Shown here in pieces: positions 25,677-36,313 of a stretch of DNA of 64,000 nt. Source of the DNA: Ostreococcus lucimarinus (lineage: Eukaryota); NCBI GenBank assembly GCA_000092065.1, contig CP000592.1; one strand, 5' to 3'. Within the stretch, counting starts at the first letter, position 1, and every line of letters begins with the position of its first letter. The notes below the pieces were generated by a model. It had not been told where the DNA came from and did no database searches. It worked only from the letters and a program-made list of their open reading frames with translations. The position numbers and the translations under genes were made by a program.

Positions 25677-28600
25677 ATGATGGCGACGACGACGACGACG
25701 GCGACGGCGACGCGAGCGACGCGGGCGCGGAGCCGCGGGAACGGGCGACGCGATGGGAACGTCGGACGACGACGATGCGTGGTGCGCGCGGAGGCGAGGA
25801 CGGGAGCGACGCGCGAGGAGGCGGGGAGAGACGGGGGACGCGCGCGACGGGCGACGACGAAGCGCGCGACGAGAGGGCGGGACGCGCGCGTCTGGGCGAG
25901 CGAACAGGACGTGGAACCGTTGAAACCGATGACGGCGGATGAGGCGGAGGCGATGGCGAGGGAGATTAGCAGGCTTCGAGAGGAGCAGCGGGAGGGGGCG
26001 CGGCGATTGAAGACGGCGGAGGCGGACAGCGCGGAGGGCGAGGCGCAGGCGAAAGCCATGGCTGAACAGGCGGTGTTAGCGACGGAGGCGTACGAGAAGG
26101 ACGATGAGTTAGCCACGAGCGCGATGAAGAGCGCGCAAGAGGCGAGCAAGGCGGTGGTGGAAGCTGTGGCGCTTTCGGACGCCGTCGCCGAACGTATGCG
26201 GCGAGTGGAAGAAGCCGTGGTGCAGGCGCGATTGGTGCCCTCCGAAGACGGCGCGGAACAGAGTGATGACGTCCTGAGTGTGGTCAAGTTTAAGCGCCCG
26301 AACAAAGAGTCCGATGCGGAGACGTTGGCGCGAAAGATGGGCGTGCTTCCCGAGACGTCGTGGTGGGACGAGGACGATTTGAGCCTCGCCGAGGCGAGCG
26401 AACGCTCAAAGTCGGCGTTCGAGGCTGCGGATTTTGTTCGTAAAGAAACGCAGGCGGAATTGACGAAGCGCGAGGCGTTCGCAGAGGAGTGCGCGACGAA
26501 GGCGCAGAGATCGTTGCAGTTGTCGCTGAGCGCGCACGAGAGCGCGGATCAAGCCATGGAGAAGGTTGCGTCAAAGATGCAAGCCATGGTGGCGCTGAGC
26601 GAGAGCGTGGGGGCTCTCGAGAAGGAGATCAACGATAAACAAGCGTTAATTGATGGCGTCAAGTTCGACGAAGCGTCCGTAACCGAAATGATGTCGGCGA
26701 AGACCAAGGCAGACATCAAGGCGGAGGCGGTGCAAGAACTCGCGGTCAAGCGCGCGGAAAAGGTGGAAGAGAAGGAAGCGCAAGAAGCTGCGGAGGGCAC
26801 GGACGACCAATCGGTGAAAAAGTCGAGTAAGTTCATGCCCGCGGGCTACTTCTCCACTGCCGAACAAGATGGACCGACGGAAGAGACGATCATTAAAAAG
26901 ATTTTCACCGGCTTGTTGTTGCTGGGCACCGCGACGTTGATGCTTCCTATGCCGAAATGCAAGGCGGTGCGTGCGCAGATTGGAACTTCGCTCGTCCGAG
27001 CAGGCAGCGCGGCGAAATCAACAACGGGAGTGTTGCGACGAGGTGCGGCTGACATCATCGAACGCGTCGTTCCGGCGAGTGAGCGCGAATTGGCTGCGCA
27101 CGCGGCCCACGAAGCCGAAGAAACAGGCATGTCAGATTTACTTTGGCTCTTGTTCACGTCCGTGCTCGCGGTGACAATCGTGAGCAAAATTCCGGGCGGT
27201 TCACCCGTGTTAGGGTTCCTCGTCGGTGGTGCCCTCGTCGGTCCGTTCGGTCTCGGAATCATCCAGCACGTCGAACAAGTCAAGGTGCTCGCCGAATTCG
27301 GCGTCGTTTTCCTTCTCTTCAACATCGGTCTCGAGCTTTCGTATGATCGTCTCGTGTCCATGGCCAAGTATATTTTCGGACTTGGCTCGTCGCAGATGAT
27401 GCTGAGCACCGCAGTTGGTGCCGCTGTCGCCGTTGCGTGCGGGTTGGCCATACCTCCAGCGGTGATTGTTGGCTTGGGACTCGCGTTTTCTTCCACCGCC
27501 GTTGCGTTGCAAGTGCTCGCCGACAGAGGCGAGTCCGCGAGTCGCCACGGTCGCGCGACGTTTTCCGTGTTGCTTTTTCAAGATTTAACTGTTGTTTTGG
27601 TCTTCATGCTCGTTCCGTTATTGGCTGGTCCCGATAGCGGGAGTCTTACTGCCATCGGCGGCTCGTTACTCAAAGCCGTCGTAAAGACGGCTGCCGCCAT
27701 CGTTTCCATCATTGGTCTCGGTCGCGTGGTTTTACGACCAGTTTTCGATCGCGTCGCAAAATTGCGCCAAGCCGAGCTCATGAGTGCGACGACGTTGTTT
27801 GTTGCGCTCGGCACGTCGCTCTTGACGCAGTCGCTAGGATTATCCATGGCGCTCGGCGCGTTTTTGGCTGGCTTACTTTTGGCGGAGACGGAATTTCATT
27901 TACAAGTCGAAAACGATATCGCGCCGTTCAGAGGGCTTCTGCTCGGTTTATTCTTCATGACAGTCGGGATGACCATCGACCCGATGACGTTCACGCAGAG
28001 TGCGGGCAACATAGTGAGCATGATGGCGGCGATCTTAATCGGCAAAATCGCCGTCGTCGCCGCCGTCGGTCCCATGTTCGGGTTGTCGCTCTTGAATTGT
28101 ATTCGCGCCGGTATGTACATCGGTCCTGGCGGAGAGTTTGCCTTCGTGACTTTTGCCGAAGCGGTTCGTGTCGGTTTATTCAGCCCTGATCTCGCGACGC
28201 AGCTCAACTTGGCTGTGGTGCTTACGATGGCCATCACGCCCTACCTCGCCGAGGTCGGTAACAGCATGAAGGACGTGTGGAAGAGTGGTAACGTCGCTAC
28301 GCTGCAACCAAAGGAAAACGAAGTGGACGACTTGAAAGGTCACGTCATTTTGGCCGGGTACGGCCGTAACGGCAAGATTATCGGCGAGATTCTCAGTGCG
28401 AATATGATTCCATTCGTAGCGTTGGACGTGAATCCAGAAATCGTCAGCGAAGGTCGCGCCGCCGATCAAAACGTATACTTCGGCGATGCGGGCTCGCCTG
28501 AAGTGCTCAGAGCCATCGGCGCCGCTCGCGCGTCTTGTGCTATCGTCGCCCTCAGTTCGCCGGCCGCGAACTATCGCGCCGTGTGGTCGTTGACGAAGAA

Positions 28601-28910
28601 CTTTAGCAACATCCACACGTACGTAAGAGCCGAAGGCGTCGAGGGTGGTTTGATTCTCGAAAAGGCGGGCGCGAAAGCCGTCGTTCCGGAGGCCCTCGAA
28701 CCGTCCCTTCAGCTCGCCGCCGCATGTTTGCGCGAGCAGAAAATGTCGCCGCAAGACATCAGTGTGGCGATTGACAACTACAGACGAAGTCATCTCAAGA
28801 GTTTGTCATCGCGCAAATTTTCCGCCGACTATTCCAGCGTCAACTACGGCGGCGTCGGTCAGTCCCTTGATATGTCTTCGACCGACGAAGCTGAAGTCGC
28901 ATCCGCGTAG
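25677..28910 (+). CDS. KEA: K+ efflux antiporter (KEA1/2-type CPA2 family Na+(K+)/H+ exchanger with a C-terminal KTN/TrkA-N domain) with a long N-terminal coiled-coil extension and transit peptide
   Basis: Thr/Ala/Arg-rich presequence (MMATTTTTATATRATRARSRG...). A long Glu/Ala-rich helical region as in plant KEA1/2. 12-13 TM exchanger core (GGSPVLGFLVGGALVGPFGLG...). KTN NAD-binding domain (HVILAGYGRNGKIIGEIL...FVALDVNPE...VYFGDAGSPEVL). ATG at 25677. The track ORF start at 25485 is a GTG. Confidence 0.85.
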   Translation: MMATTTTTATATRATRARSRGNGRRDGNVGRRRCVVRAEARTGATREEAGRDGGRARRATTKRATRGRDARVWASEQDVEPLKPMTADEAEAMAREISRLREEQREGARRLKTAEADSAEGEAQAKAMAEQAVLATEAYEKDDELATSAMKSAQEASKAVVEAVALSDAVAERMRRVEEAVVQARLVPSEDGAEQSDDVLSVVKFKRPNKESDAETLARKMGVLPETSWWDEDDLSLAEASERSKSAFEAADFVRKETQAELTKREAFAEECATKAQRSLQLSLSAHESADQAMEKVASKMQAMVALSESVGALEKEINDKQALIDGVKFDEASVTEMMSAKTKADIKAEAVQELAVKRAEKVEEKEAQEAAEGTDDQSVKKSSKFMPAGYFSTAEQDGPTEETIIKKIFTGLLLLGTATLMLPMPKCKAVRAQIGTSLVRAGSAAKSTTGVLRRGAADIIERVVPASERELAAHAAHEAEETGMSDLLWLLFTSVLAVTIVSKIPGGSPVLGFLVGGALVGPFGLGIIQHVEQVKVLAEFGVVFLLFNIGLELSYDRLVSMAKYIFGLGSSQMMLSTAVGAAVAVACGLAIPPAVIVGLGLAFSSTAVALQVLADRGESASRHGRATFSVLLFQDLTVVLVFMLVPLLAGPDSGSLTAIGGSLLKAVVKTAAAIVSIIGLGRVVLRPVFDRVAKLRQAELMSATTLFVALGTSLLTQSLGLSMALGAFLAGLLLAETEFHLQVENDIAPFRGLLLGLFFMTVGMTIDPMTFTQSAGNIVSMMAAILIGKIAVVAAVGPMFGLSLLNCIRAGMYIGPGGEFAFVTFAEAVRVGLFSPDLATQLNLAVVLTMAITPYLAEVGNSMKDVWKSGNVATLQPKENEVDDLKGHVILAGYGRNGKIIGEILSANMIPFVALDVNPEIVSEGRAADQNVYFGDAGSPEVLRAIGAARASCAIVALSSPAANYRAVWSLTKNFSNIHTYVRAEGVEGGLILEKAGAKAVVPEALEPSLQLAAACLREQKMSPQDISVAIDNYRRSHLKSLSSRKFSADYSSVNYGGVGQSLDMSSTDEAEVASA

Positions 28911-28997
28911 ATCACTTTCCACATTCATTCTTCTTTTTTTTTGAAGTTTAATTTACTACATCTCTAAATCTTTCCTGGTCGTCACGTCGCTATGCTA

Positions 28998-29931
28998 TCA
29001 GCCCATTCTAAACAAGACTTGTTTTTTCCCCTTCTTCTTCCCAGAGCGGGACGAATCGCCTTCGATCGCAGTCTCCGTCAGCGCCGCCGCGCGGGCACCC
29101 CATAGGGGTGGCGGCGCCACCGGCGCCGATGAACCGAGTGCTGGTCCGAAACTTTCCGTGTTGAAGTTCAAACTTGGACCCCCAGAGGCGAAGCCCAATC
29201 CAACGATGTTGGAAAACGAACGCCCACCCGGGCCGCGAGCGTTTTGCACTTCCTCGTACATCGACATACGCTCCATCTCCTCTTCGGCTTCCTCCGCGAG
29301 TTGTCTCGCGATGGCGGCGTCCATGGACGTATCTGGCGTCAATTTACCTGTGGCGCCCAACTCCGGCATGGCGTCGCGAATCGATTTAGCGAACGGTTGT
29401 GAATTCACCTTTGCCGTCGCCTCAGCGCGTTTCTCCTTTGCCTTGGCGCGCGCCGCCGCCGCGTTCTTCTGCGAACGTCGCTTCGCTCGCTGTCGTAACT
29501 CACTTCCCGCTGGTCCGTCCAAGACTTTCTTTGAAACGAGTGATTTCATGTCCAGTTCCACCATCACAAATTCCGTGGTCAGCGGCAAGTGGCGCAAATG
29601 CGCGGCGCGTCGACGTACGTCTTCGTCTTGCGTTCGATGCTCGAGCTCGATGACAGTACCTTCGATTTCGAGCGGGAGCGCCTCGTACGCACCGAATTGC
29701 TCCAGCAGTACGCGCATGCAAGCGCCGTGGAGTAAAACTTGCTGACCATCTGGGGCTTGGTAAAAGTAATAAACATCCGTTCGCTGATCGCTCGTCGGCG
29801 TCGCGGTCGGCGCCACCGTCGGTGGCGACGACGTCGATACGGTGAGAGGCGTCCGTCGCGAGACGGTAGTCGCGTCGGCTTCACGCTTGCTCGCACCGGG
29901 AGAATCCTCCGCGGACGGTTCGGAATCCGAT

Positions 29932-29963
<32 letters not shown>

Positions 29964-30731
29964 ATCCGTGAACGCAGATTCCACGCGCACCTTTGAACCT
30001 TTCAAATACGCCATATTCTTCCCCGGCGGTGGTAACGACGGGAACGCCTCCTCGCGTGGCGTACTTTTCGGCGCCGGCGCCGGCGTCGGCGCGACGACGC
30101 CCGCGGGCGGCGCCCGCGGCTTGGGCGCCGCCACGCCCTCGCTCGCGCATCGCCGCTCCACCCATCGATCGAGCCTTCGCGTTAGGGCGTCGATCGACGC
30201 CAGCGCGAACGGCAACTCGCTCGCCGCGTCGATTTCGCTTTGCTCCGTCAACACGGCGACGTACGATTCGAGGGATTCCAACTCTTGCGTCGCGATGGCG
30301 ACTTCCTCGCTCGTGAGCGTGTACTTCGCGAACGCGTCGCATCCACAATCCGGTAGCGCTCTCGGCCACGCCTCCGACGCCGGCGGCGGCGTCCCTTTCG
30401 CCGTGCGTCGCGCCGGTACGTTTGAATCCCGTCTCCGCGCCATCAACGCAAACTTTTGCGTCCTCCCCGCGCTCGGCGGCGCGATCAACCGCCGCGACAC
30501 CGACCGCAAATCCCCCAATCGAATCTCCGCGAAACACATCGGGCACTTCGCCGGCGTCCCCCGGTCCCTCGTCGTCAGCACGTGCCGCGCGACGCACGGA
30601 AAACAAAACGCGTGTCCGCACGTCGTCGTCTGCGGCGCGATCGCCCCCGCGCCGTCCTCCAGGCACACCGGACACGAAAACGCCTCCGCGCTCGCCACGT
30701 CCACGCGCACGACGTCCTCCCACGACGCCAT
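28998..30731 (-). CDS. RING finger protein, RNF10-like
   Basis: RING-HC CPVCLEDGAGAIAPQTTTCGHAFCFPCVARHVL...CPMCF. A downstream conserved block (YYFYQAPDGQQVLLHGACMRVLLEQFGAYEALPLEIEGTVIELEH) is reminiscent of the RNF10 family. The proposed start is ATG at 30729-30731 (MASWEDVV...). A further upstream in-frame ATG at 31067 would add a low-complexity 112 aa. Confidence 0.6.
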
Positions 30732-31261
30732 GCGATCCGCGTCCCTCGAGCTCGCGCGCAGATCCGCGCTGTCCGCCACCAAAAACCGAAAATTCGCCTG
30801 CAAGAAGAGCGCCCGCGAGCTGGAGCGCGCGCCTCGCGGCTTTCGTCGTCTCGCCTCGCGCTCGGAGCGCGCGCCGCGTCGTTCGCGCCGCGTCGCGCGC
30901 GCCTCCGGTCGCTCGCGCGGCGCGAAGCACAGCAGAAAGTCCGCGCGCTGGCCCTTGCGTCCGCGCGTCGTCGGCGCGAACGCGCGCGCCGACGCGTCGA
31001 GCGCCGTCGACGACGACGCCGCGGGACGCCCAAGCGCGTCGCCGGCGTCGTCGTCGTCGGCGCGCATCGCGAGTTCGCGCCGCGGTGTCGCGAATCATCC
31101 ATCGCCATCGATCGACGCGCGGTTTCGTCGCTCGCGTCGCGATCCGACGCGCCGCGTCGACTCGAACCCGCGCGTCGCTCGAACCCGCGCGTCTTCGCGC
31201 CGGATTTCGCGCCCGTGCGACGCGCGCGACGCCGATCGCGCGCGATTTCGTCGACGGATTC

Positions 31262-32206
31262 ATGACGCGCGCGCATTCGTGCGCGCGGTGTAAACGCGCG
31301 GCGTACGACGCGGAGAGCGTCGACGTCGACGCGCGAACGCGGTACCACGCGGCGTGTTTCAAGTGCGCGGACTGCGGCGCGCGGTGCGCGATCGCGACGT
31401 TCGTGAAGATCGGCGAGGAGGTGTACTGCCGGCGGCACGCGCTGGAGCGCGACGTGCGGCGAAAGCCGGCGCTGGGCGCGGACGCGCTGGAGATCGCGAC
31501 GTACGCGAATCGACGGACGACGACGGCGAGGGAATGGGTGAAAACGGAGACGGAGGGTGCGGCGACGGGACGCGGGACGTCGGCGACGGCGCGCGCGACG
31601 GGGGGGACCGCGGGAAGCGCGACGGCGGCGCTGACGCGGTCGGCGTGCGAGCGGTGCGGAAAGGCGGCGTACCCGATCGAGTCGGTGGACGTCGACGGGA
31701 AGAAGTGGCACCGGGCGGGGTGTTTTAAGTGCGCGACGTGCGGGGTGGCGCTGAGTTTGACGACGTTCGTGAAGTTTGACGGGGAGTTGTATTGCCGGCG
31801 GGACGCGCCGAAGAGCGCGCCGTCGTTTGAACGCGAGAGCTCGTCGGCGGGGATCGAGATTGAGATCGAGAGCGCGCCGGTGAAGGCGATGAGCGTCGCG
31901 GACGAGATCGTGGTTGAAAAGGCGGCGGCGGTGGAAGAGCGGGCGGCGGCCGAAATCGCCGCGACCGCGGACGAGATTGAAATCGAAGCGAGCGAAAATG
32001 AACCGCCGGCGGTGGCGCGCGACGCGAAAGACGCGTTGGAAAGTCTTGAACCGGCGTCGAACGAGGACGTCGAAGCGATCACCGAGAATATCGCTGCGAC
32101 GAAAATTGCAGACGATTCCGCGACGATTCCGAAGCCGCATACCGTCGCCGGCGGACGCGGCGGCGGCAAGAAGAAGAATAAGAAAAAAAGTGGAGGTCGC
32201 AAGTGA
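31262..32206 (+). CDS. Two-LIM-domain protein (plant CRP/WLIM-like) with an acidic/Ala-rich tail and a basic C-terminus
   Basis: LIM 1: CARCKRAAYDAESVDVDARTRYHAACFKCADCGARCAIATFVKIGEEVYCRRHA. LIM 2: CERCGKAAYPIESVDVDGKKWHRAGCFKCATCGVALSLTTFVKFDGELYCRRDA. ATG at 31262. The 280 upstream codons of the track ORF are Pro/Arg/Ser junk antisense to the RING gene. Confidence 0.75.
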   Translation: MTRAHSCARCKRAAYDAESVDVDARTRYHAACFKCADCGARCAIATFVKIGEEVYCRRHALERDVRRKPALGADALEIATYANRRTTTAREWVKTETEGAATGRGTSATARATGGTAGSATAALTRSACERCGKAAYPIESVDVDGKKWHRAGCFKCATCGVALSLTTFVKFDGELYCRRDAPKSAPSFERESSSAGIEIEIESAPVKAMSVADEIVVEKAAAVEERAAAEIAATADEIEIEASENEPPAVARDAKDALESLEPASNEDVEAITENIAATKIADDSATIPKPHTVAGGRGGGKKKNKKKSGGRK

Positions 32207-32369
32207 CTCGTGCGCTAATCTTGCTCCGTTGGAATACTACAAACCGTGTCGATGTAAGGCGGCCGTTTGCGCGTCAGAGGGCGTGATGGTGCGACGCGCC
32301 CTGCGAACTAATCTCTACCCGCTAATTCCATTCGTCTGTGCCTCTCGCGTGCTTCGAGGACTCTCGAAT

Positions 32370-33392
32370 TTATTTACGTTGTCGCAAAACGTCAAAGTAA
32401 GGATGGCTCTGCGCCTCCTTCGCCGTGATGCGCTCTTGGTGATCGTAGCGCAACAGCTTATCGAGGAAATCGATCGCGTCCGTGCTCACCAGGTGTTGGT
32501 TTTCCGCCGTGACGTACTTGTTCCACGGCTTGCGCGAGTGTCGCCCGATGAGCGTCTCAAAGTTCGGGTCGAGTTCGATGCGGTACTTGTTCAAGTACGC
32601 GTATAACTCGTCCGTTCCGAGCACCTTGGCGATGCGCACCAACTGATCGTAGTTGTCGTGACCGGCGAAGAATGGTTCTTTTCGGAAAATCATCCCCGCG
32701 AACATGCACCCGAGACTCCACATGTCCAACGAATAGTCATAGTCTTGCAAGTCGACCAACAACTCTGGACCTTTAAAGTACCTCGACGCCACGCGAACGT
32801 TGTACTCCTTCCCGGGATGATAAAACTCCGCCAGCCCCCAATCGATCAAACGCAGCTCTCGCTTAGAGTGATCAATCATCACGTTGTGCGGCTTGACGTC
32901 TCGATGCATGATGCCCTGCGAGTGACAAAAATCCAACGCCTTGAGCAATTCGTTGATGTAATACCGAATATCGTAATCCGTCAGCGTCGGATACAACGCT
33001 TTAAAATCTGTATTATTCACGTATTCAAACACCAAACTCGGCGTTTTCGTCGACGGTTCTCGCACGACGTCCAACAGTTTGATCACGTTGACGCCGCCCG
33101 CCAGATTTTGCAAAATTTTAATCTCCCGCTTGATCTTCTTCTTCTTCACCGGTTTCAAAATCTTGATCACGCACTTCTCCCCGCTCTCCGTCCGTCGTCC
33201 CTCGAACACCTCGCTGTATTTCCCGCGCCCCACCTTTCGCACGACCTCGTACTCGTCCTGTTCGCCCCACTGCACGCTCAGCGCCTCGTAGTCCCAGTAC
33301 TCGCGCGCCTTTTCATCATTCGCCTCGGCGTACACGCGCGCCCGCGACGCCACCGCGTCGCGCCGGATCGCCTTACCGATCCTCGACGACAT
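32370..33392 (-). CDS. CK2A: Casein kinase II catalytic subunit alpha
   Basis: ...[11 protein letters not shown]...[15 protein letters not shown]...[19 protein letters not shown]...[11 protein letters not shown]...[23 protein letters not shown]... 340 aa. ATG at 33392. Confidence 0.9.
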   Translation of the reverse strand: MSSRIGKAIRRDAVASRARVYAEANDEKAREYWDYEALSVQWGEQDEYEVVRKVGRGKYSEVFEGRRTESGEKCVIKILKPVKKKKIKREIKILQNLAGGVNVIKLLDVVREPSTKTPSLVFEYVNNTDFKALYPTLTDYDIRYYINELLKALDFCHSQGIMHRDVKPHNVMIDHSKRELRLIDWGLAEFYHPGKEYNVRVASRYFKGPELLVDLQDYDYSLDMWSLGCMFAGMIFRKEPFFAGHDNYDQLVRIAKVLGTDELYAYLNKYRIELDPNFETLIGRHSRKPWNKYVTAENQHLVSTDAIDFLDKLLRYDHQERITAKEAQSHPYFDVLRQRK

Positions 33393-33694
33393 CGTCCGTC
33401 GCCTCGCGCGCGCCTCGCCGCGCCGCGCGTCTTCTGCGCGCGCGACGCGTCAGAGATCGTCGATCGCCGCGTAGGTTTGGAATCGGCGTCTGGAGCGCGA
33501 TTCGCGCCGCGCTCGACCTCGCGCGTCGCGCGCGACCGCCGCGGCGTCGCGACGCGATATCGACGCGCCTCCGCGACGCCTCCGCGACGCGCTGTCGACG
33601 CGCGCGACGGACGACGCGTCGATGAGTGCGGCGATCGACGCGCGCGGCGTCGACAGACGACGACGCGCGAGGCGCGTCTCGCGGCGCGGCGCGC

Positions 33695-35242
33695 ATGGCG
33701 GACGCGGCGACGCGCGCGGGCGCGTCGGCGAGCGCGTCGGCGAGCGCGAGCGCGCGCGACGCGCGAGCGCGCGACGGCGGCGCGCTGCGATGCGAGTTTC
33801 GAGTGATGCGACTGCGCGCGCCGGCGTACGAACACGCGGGCGCGCGCGAGGGACGCGCGATCGACGACGGAGACGACGGTGACGACGCGCGCGCGACGCG
33901 CGGCGCGCGAGCGAGCGGCGCGGACGCGGACGCGGACGCGGGACGGAACGACGACGACGACGCGCGGCGACGACGCGAACGCGAGACGACGAGCGGCGAG
34001 CTGACGCTGCCGCAATCGTTCGGCGCCGTCGCGCTGGGCGAACGGTTTAGCTCGTTCGTGACGTTTGGGAATTTTTCAGAGCCGACGAGCGGGGCGAGCG
34101 GGACGGCGCGGGAGATCGGGATCAAGGTGGAGCTGCAGACGGAGACGCGGCGAACGACGCTGCGAGACGGGACGAAGACGCCGATTGAGACGCTGCGACC
34201 GGGGGAGAAGGTGGATTTGATCGTCACGAAGGATTTGAAAGAGCTCGGCGCGCACACGCTGGTGTGCTCGGCGACGTATTACGACGCCGCGGGGGAGCGG
34301 AAGTATTCGCCGCAGTATTTCAAGTTCAACGTGGCGAATCCGCTGAGCGTGCGAACGAAGGTTCGCGCGGCGCCGCGCGGGCGCGCGTTTCTCGAGGTGT
34401 GCATCGAAAATACGACGAGGTATGCGTTGTTGCTCGATAGCGCGCGCTTCGATACGGTGGATGGGATCTTGGCGAAGGACATGACGCCAGAATTCGGCGG
34501 CGCCGCGGCGACGCTCCACGGCGTCGACGACTCCCCGGACGCCGGTTTACCTTCGCTCGGTAAGCGCGCGGTGTATCGCCTCGATCCATCGACCGGGGCT
34601 GCGCACTATCTTTTCGAAATCACGCGCGCGAACGCGAGCGAGGAACCGCTGACGCCGCAGACACAGCTCGGAAAACTCGAGCTCCGCTGGCGCGGCGCCA
34701 TGGGCGATCCCGGCCGGTTGCAGACGCAAGTCATCACCGCCGGCAGCGCGGGATCGACCGCTCCCTCCCCGGTCGCGGCGAAGATGCGTCAGTCGATCAT
34801 CGTCCACCCACGACCGCCCGACGCCGAGGACGTGAGCACGGTGTACGCGGAAACGCCGTTCATCCTGCGCGCCGCCGTCGAGGCCCTCGCGCCCATCAAA
34901 GCCGACGCCTGCGTCGTCCGCGTCAAAGATGTCGTCTCCGGCGTCTACATCGACGGTCCGCGCGCGGTGCGCGTCGGCGCTTTATCCCCTGGACAAACCG
35001 TCAACGTCGACATTCCGTGCGTCGCGCTCGGCTTGGGCGTCCAAACGTGCCCGTCCCTCGTCCTCTGCGACGCCGTCGACGACGCCGCGCGCGCGGCGCC
35101 CGCGCCGTTGGAAGTCTTCTCCGTCATCCCGCCCCCGTCCGTCGTCCTCGACGCGCTCAAACGCGTCGAAACCATCGACGTCGCGTCGCCGCCCGTCGAC
35201 GTCGCGCCGTCGCTCGACGCACCGATCGACTCGCTTTTGTAA
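33695..35242 (+). CDS. TRAPPC13: Trafficking protein particle complex subunit 13 (TRAPPC13/DUF974)
   Basis: LRCEFRVMRL.., ELTLPQSFGAVALGERFSSFVTFGNFS, and AHTLVCSATYYDAAGERKYSPQYFKFNVANPLSVRTKV parallel human TRAPPC13 ([75 protein letters not shown]). ATG at 33695. There is a poly-Asp/Gly insert. Confidence 0.7.
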   Translation: MADAATRAGASASASASASARDARARDGGALRCEFRVMRLRAPAYEHAGAREGRAIDDGDDGDDARATRGARASGADADADAGRNDDDDARRRRERETTSGELTLPQSFGAVALGERFSSFVTFGNFSEPTSGASGTAREIGIKVELQTETRRTTLRDGTKTPIETLRPGEKVDLIVTKDLKELGAHTLVCSATYYDAAGERKYSPQYFKFNVANPLSVRTKVRAAPRGRAFLEVCIENTTRYALLLDSARFDTVDGILAKDMTPEFGGAAATLHGVDDSPDAGLPSLGKRAVYRLDPSTGAAHYLFEITRANASEEPLTPQTQLGKLELRWRGAMGDPGRLQTQVITAGSAGSTAPSPVAAKMRQSIIVHPRPPDAEDVSTVYAETPFILRAAVEALAPIKADACVVRVKDVVSGVYIDGPRAVRVGALSPGQTVNVDIPCVALGLGVQTCPSLVLCDAVDDAARAAPAPLEVFSVIPPPSVVLDALKRVETIDVASPPVDVAPSLDAPIDSLL

Positions 35243-35288
35243 AATACGCCGCCGCCTCGCCGCCGCCGCACACATCGTCGCGCCGCGC

Positions 35289-36197
35289 ATGCTCTGCGCG
35301 CGTTCGCCCGCGAGCGTCCCCCGCGTCGTCTCCCGCGCCTTCTCCGCGCCCCGTCGCGCGTCGACGCGCGACGCGCGACGCTCCAGCGCGCGTTTCCTCG
35401 CGCGCGCGTCCGCCGTTCCCCCGGCGCGCGAACGCGTCGCGTCGCTCGAATCTCGCGCGACGACGCGCGCGATGGCGCCGCGCGCGCCCGCGAGATCGCG
35501 ATCGCGATCGTCCGCGCGCGCGAGGGCGTCGAGCGGCGGCGCGGACGACGCGGCGGCGCGGTACGGGTTGGCGAACGCGGAGCGCGGCGTCGCGCTGCGG
35601 TGGCTCCCGACGTTTTTGACGCTCCTGCGCGTCGCCGCGGTGCCGCTGCTCGCGGCGGTGTATTACAGCGATCTGGCGAACGCGGCGCCGATCGCGGGGA
35701 CGATGTTCATCGGCGCCGCGATCACGGATTGGTTGGACGGATACCTGGCGAGACGGTTGAAGGCGAGCAGCGCGTTCGGCGCGTTTTTGGATCCGGTGGC
35801 CGATAAGCTCATGGTCGCCGCGTCCCTGTGCCTGCTGTGCACGCACGCGCCGCGAGGCGTCGCGGCGTGGGCGGTGGCGGTGCCGTCGATCGTCATCATC
35901 GGACGCGAGATCACCATGAGCGCGCTGCGAGAGTGGTGCGCGGCGAAGGGCGGCGAGGCGCACGCCGCCGTCAAGGTGAATAATCTCGGTAAATACAAGA
36001 CGGCGACGCAAATGGTGGCGCTGAGCGTGTTATTACTCGTCAGAGACGGGTCGGACTTCTTCGCGAACGGGGCGCACGATGCTTTGTTGGTGCGAGGGGG
36101 CGTGTGGTGCCTCTGGATCTCCGCCGCGTTGGCTTTGATTTCGTTGTGGGTCTACATGAGCGGCGTCATCGGAATCATGCTCAAATCCGATGATTAA
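35289..36197 (+). CDS. PGPS: CDP-diacylglycerol--glycerol-3-phosphate 3-phosphatidyltransferase (PGP synthase, CDP-alcohol phosphatidyltransferase family) with an organellar presequence
   Basis: LPTFLTLLRVAAVPLLAAVYY...GTMFIGAAITDWLDGYLARRLKASSAFGAFLDPVADKLMVAASL (D(x)2DG(x)2AR...G(x)3D(x)3D motif). The proposed start is ATG at 35289 (MLCARSPASVPRVVSRAF...). The track ORF start overlaps TRAPPC13. Confidence 0.7.
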   Translation: MLCARSPASVPRVVSRAFSAPRRASTRDARRSSARFLARASAVPPARERVASLESRATTRAMAPRAPARSRSRSSARARASSGGADDAAARYGLANAERGVALRWLPTFLTLLRVAAVPLLAAVYYSDLANAAPIAGTMFIGAAITDWLDGYLARRLKASSAFGAFLDPVADKLMVAASLCLLCTHAPRGVAAWAVAVPSIVIIGREITMSALREWCAAKGGEAHAAVKVNNLGKYKTATQMVALSVLLLVRDGSDFFANGAHDALLVRGGVWCLWISAALALISLWVYMSGVIGIMLKSDD

Positions 36198-36313
36198 TCG
36201 TTCGTCGGTCTGTGTGTTATGTATGCTCTATGCTATGGTAGCGCGTGTGAATATGTTTTGCTCTTGTGATGATGCATGTTGTCTTGCGTTACGCGCTCTC
36301 GACGCGTCGCGCA

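Noticed and set aside
30732-31067. Upstream in-frame ATG at 31067 extending the RNF10-like protein by 112 low-complexity residues
   Set aside because: The extension is Arg/Ala-rich, has no similarity to RING-protein N-termini, and overlaps the LIM gene's upstream region. The ATG at 30731, directly before the conserved RING, is preferred. Not fully excluded.
33420-33470. TCTGAC followed by an AG 15 nt downstream in the CK2-alpha 5' region (possible 5'-UTR intron)
   Set aside because: The spacing is shorter than in the six supported introns, it lies upstream of the ATG, and there is no constraint from a protein alignment.
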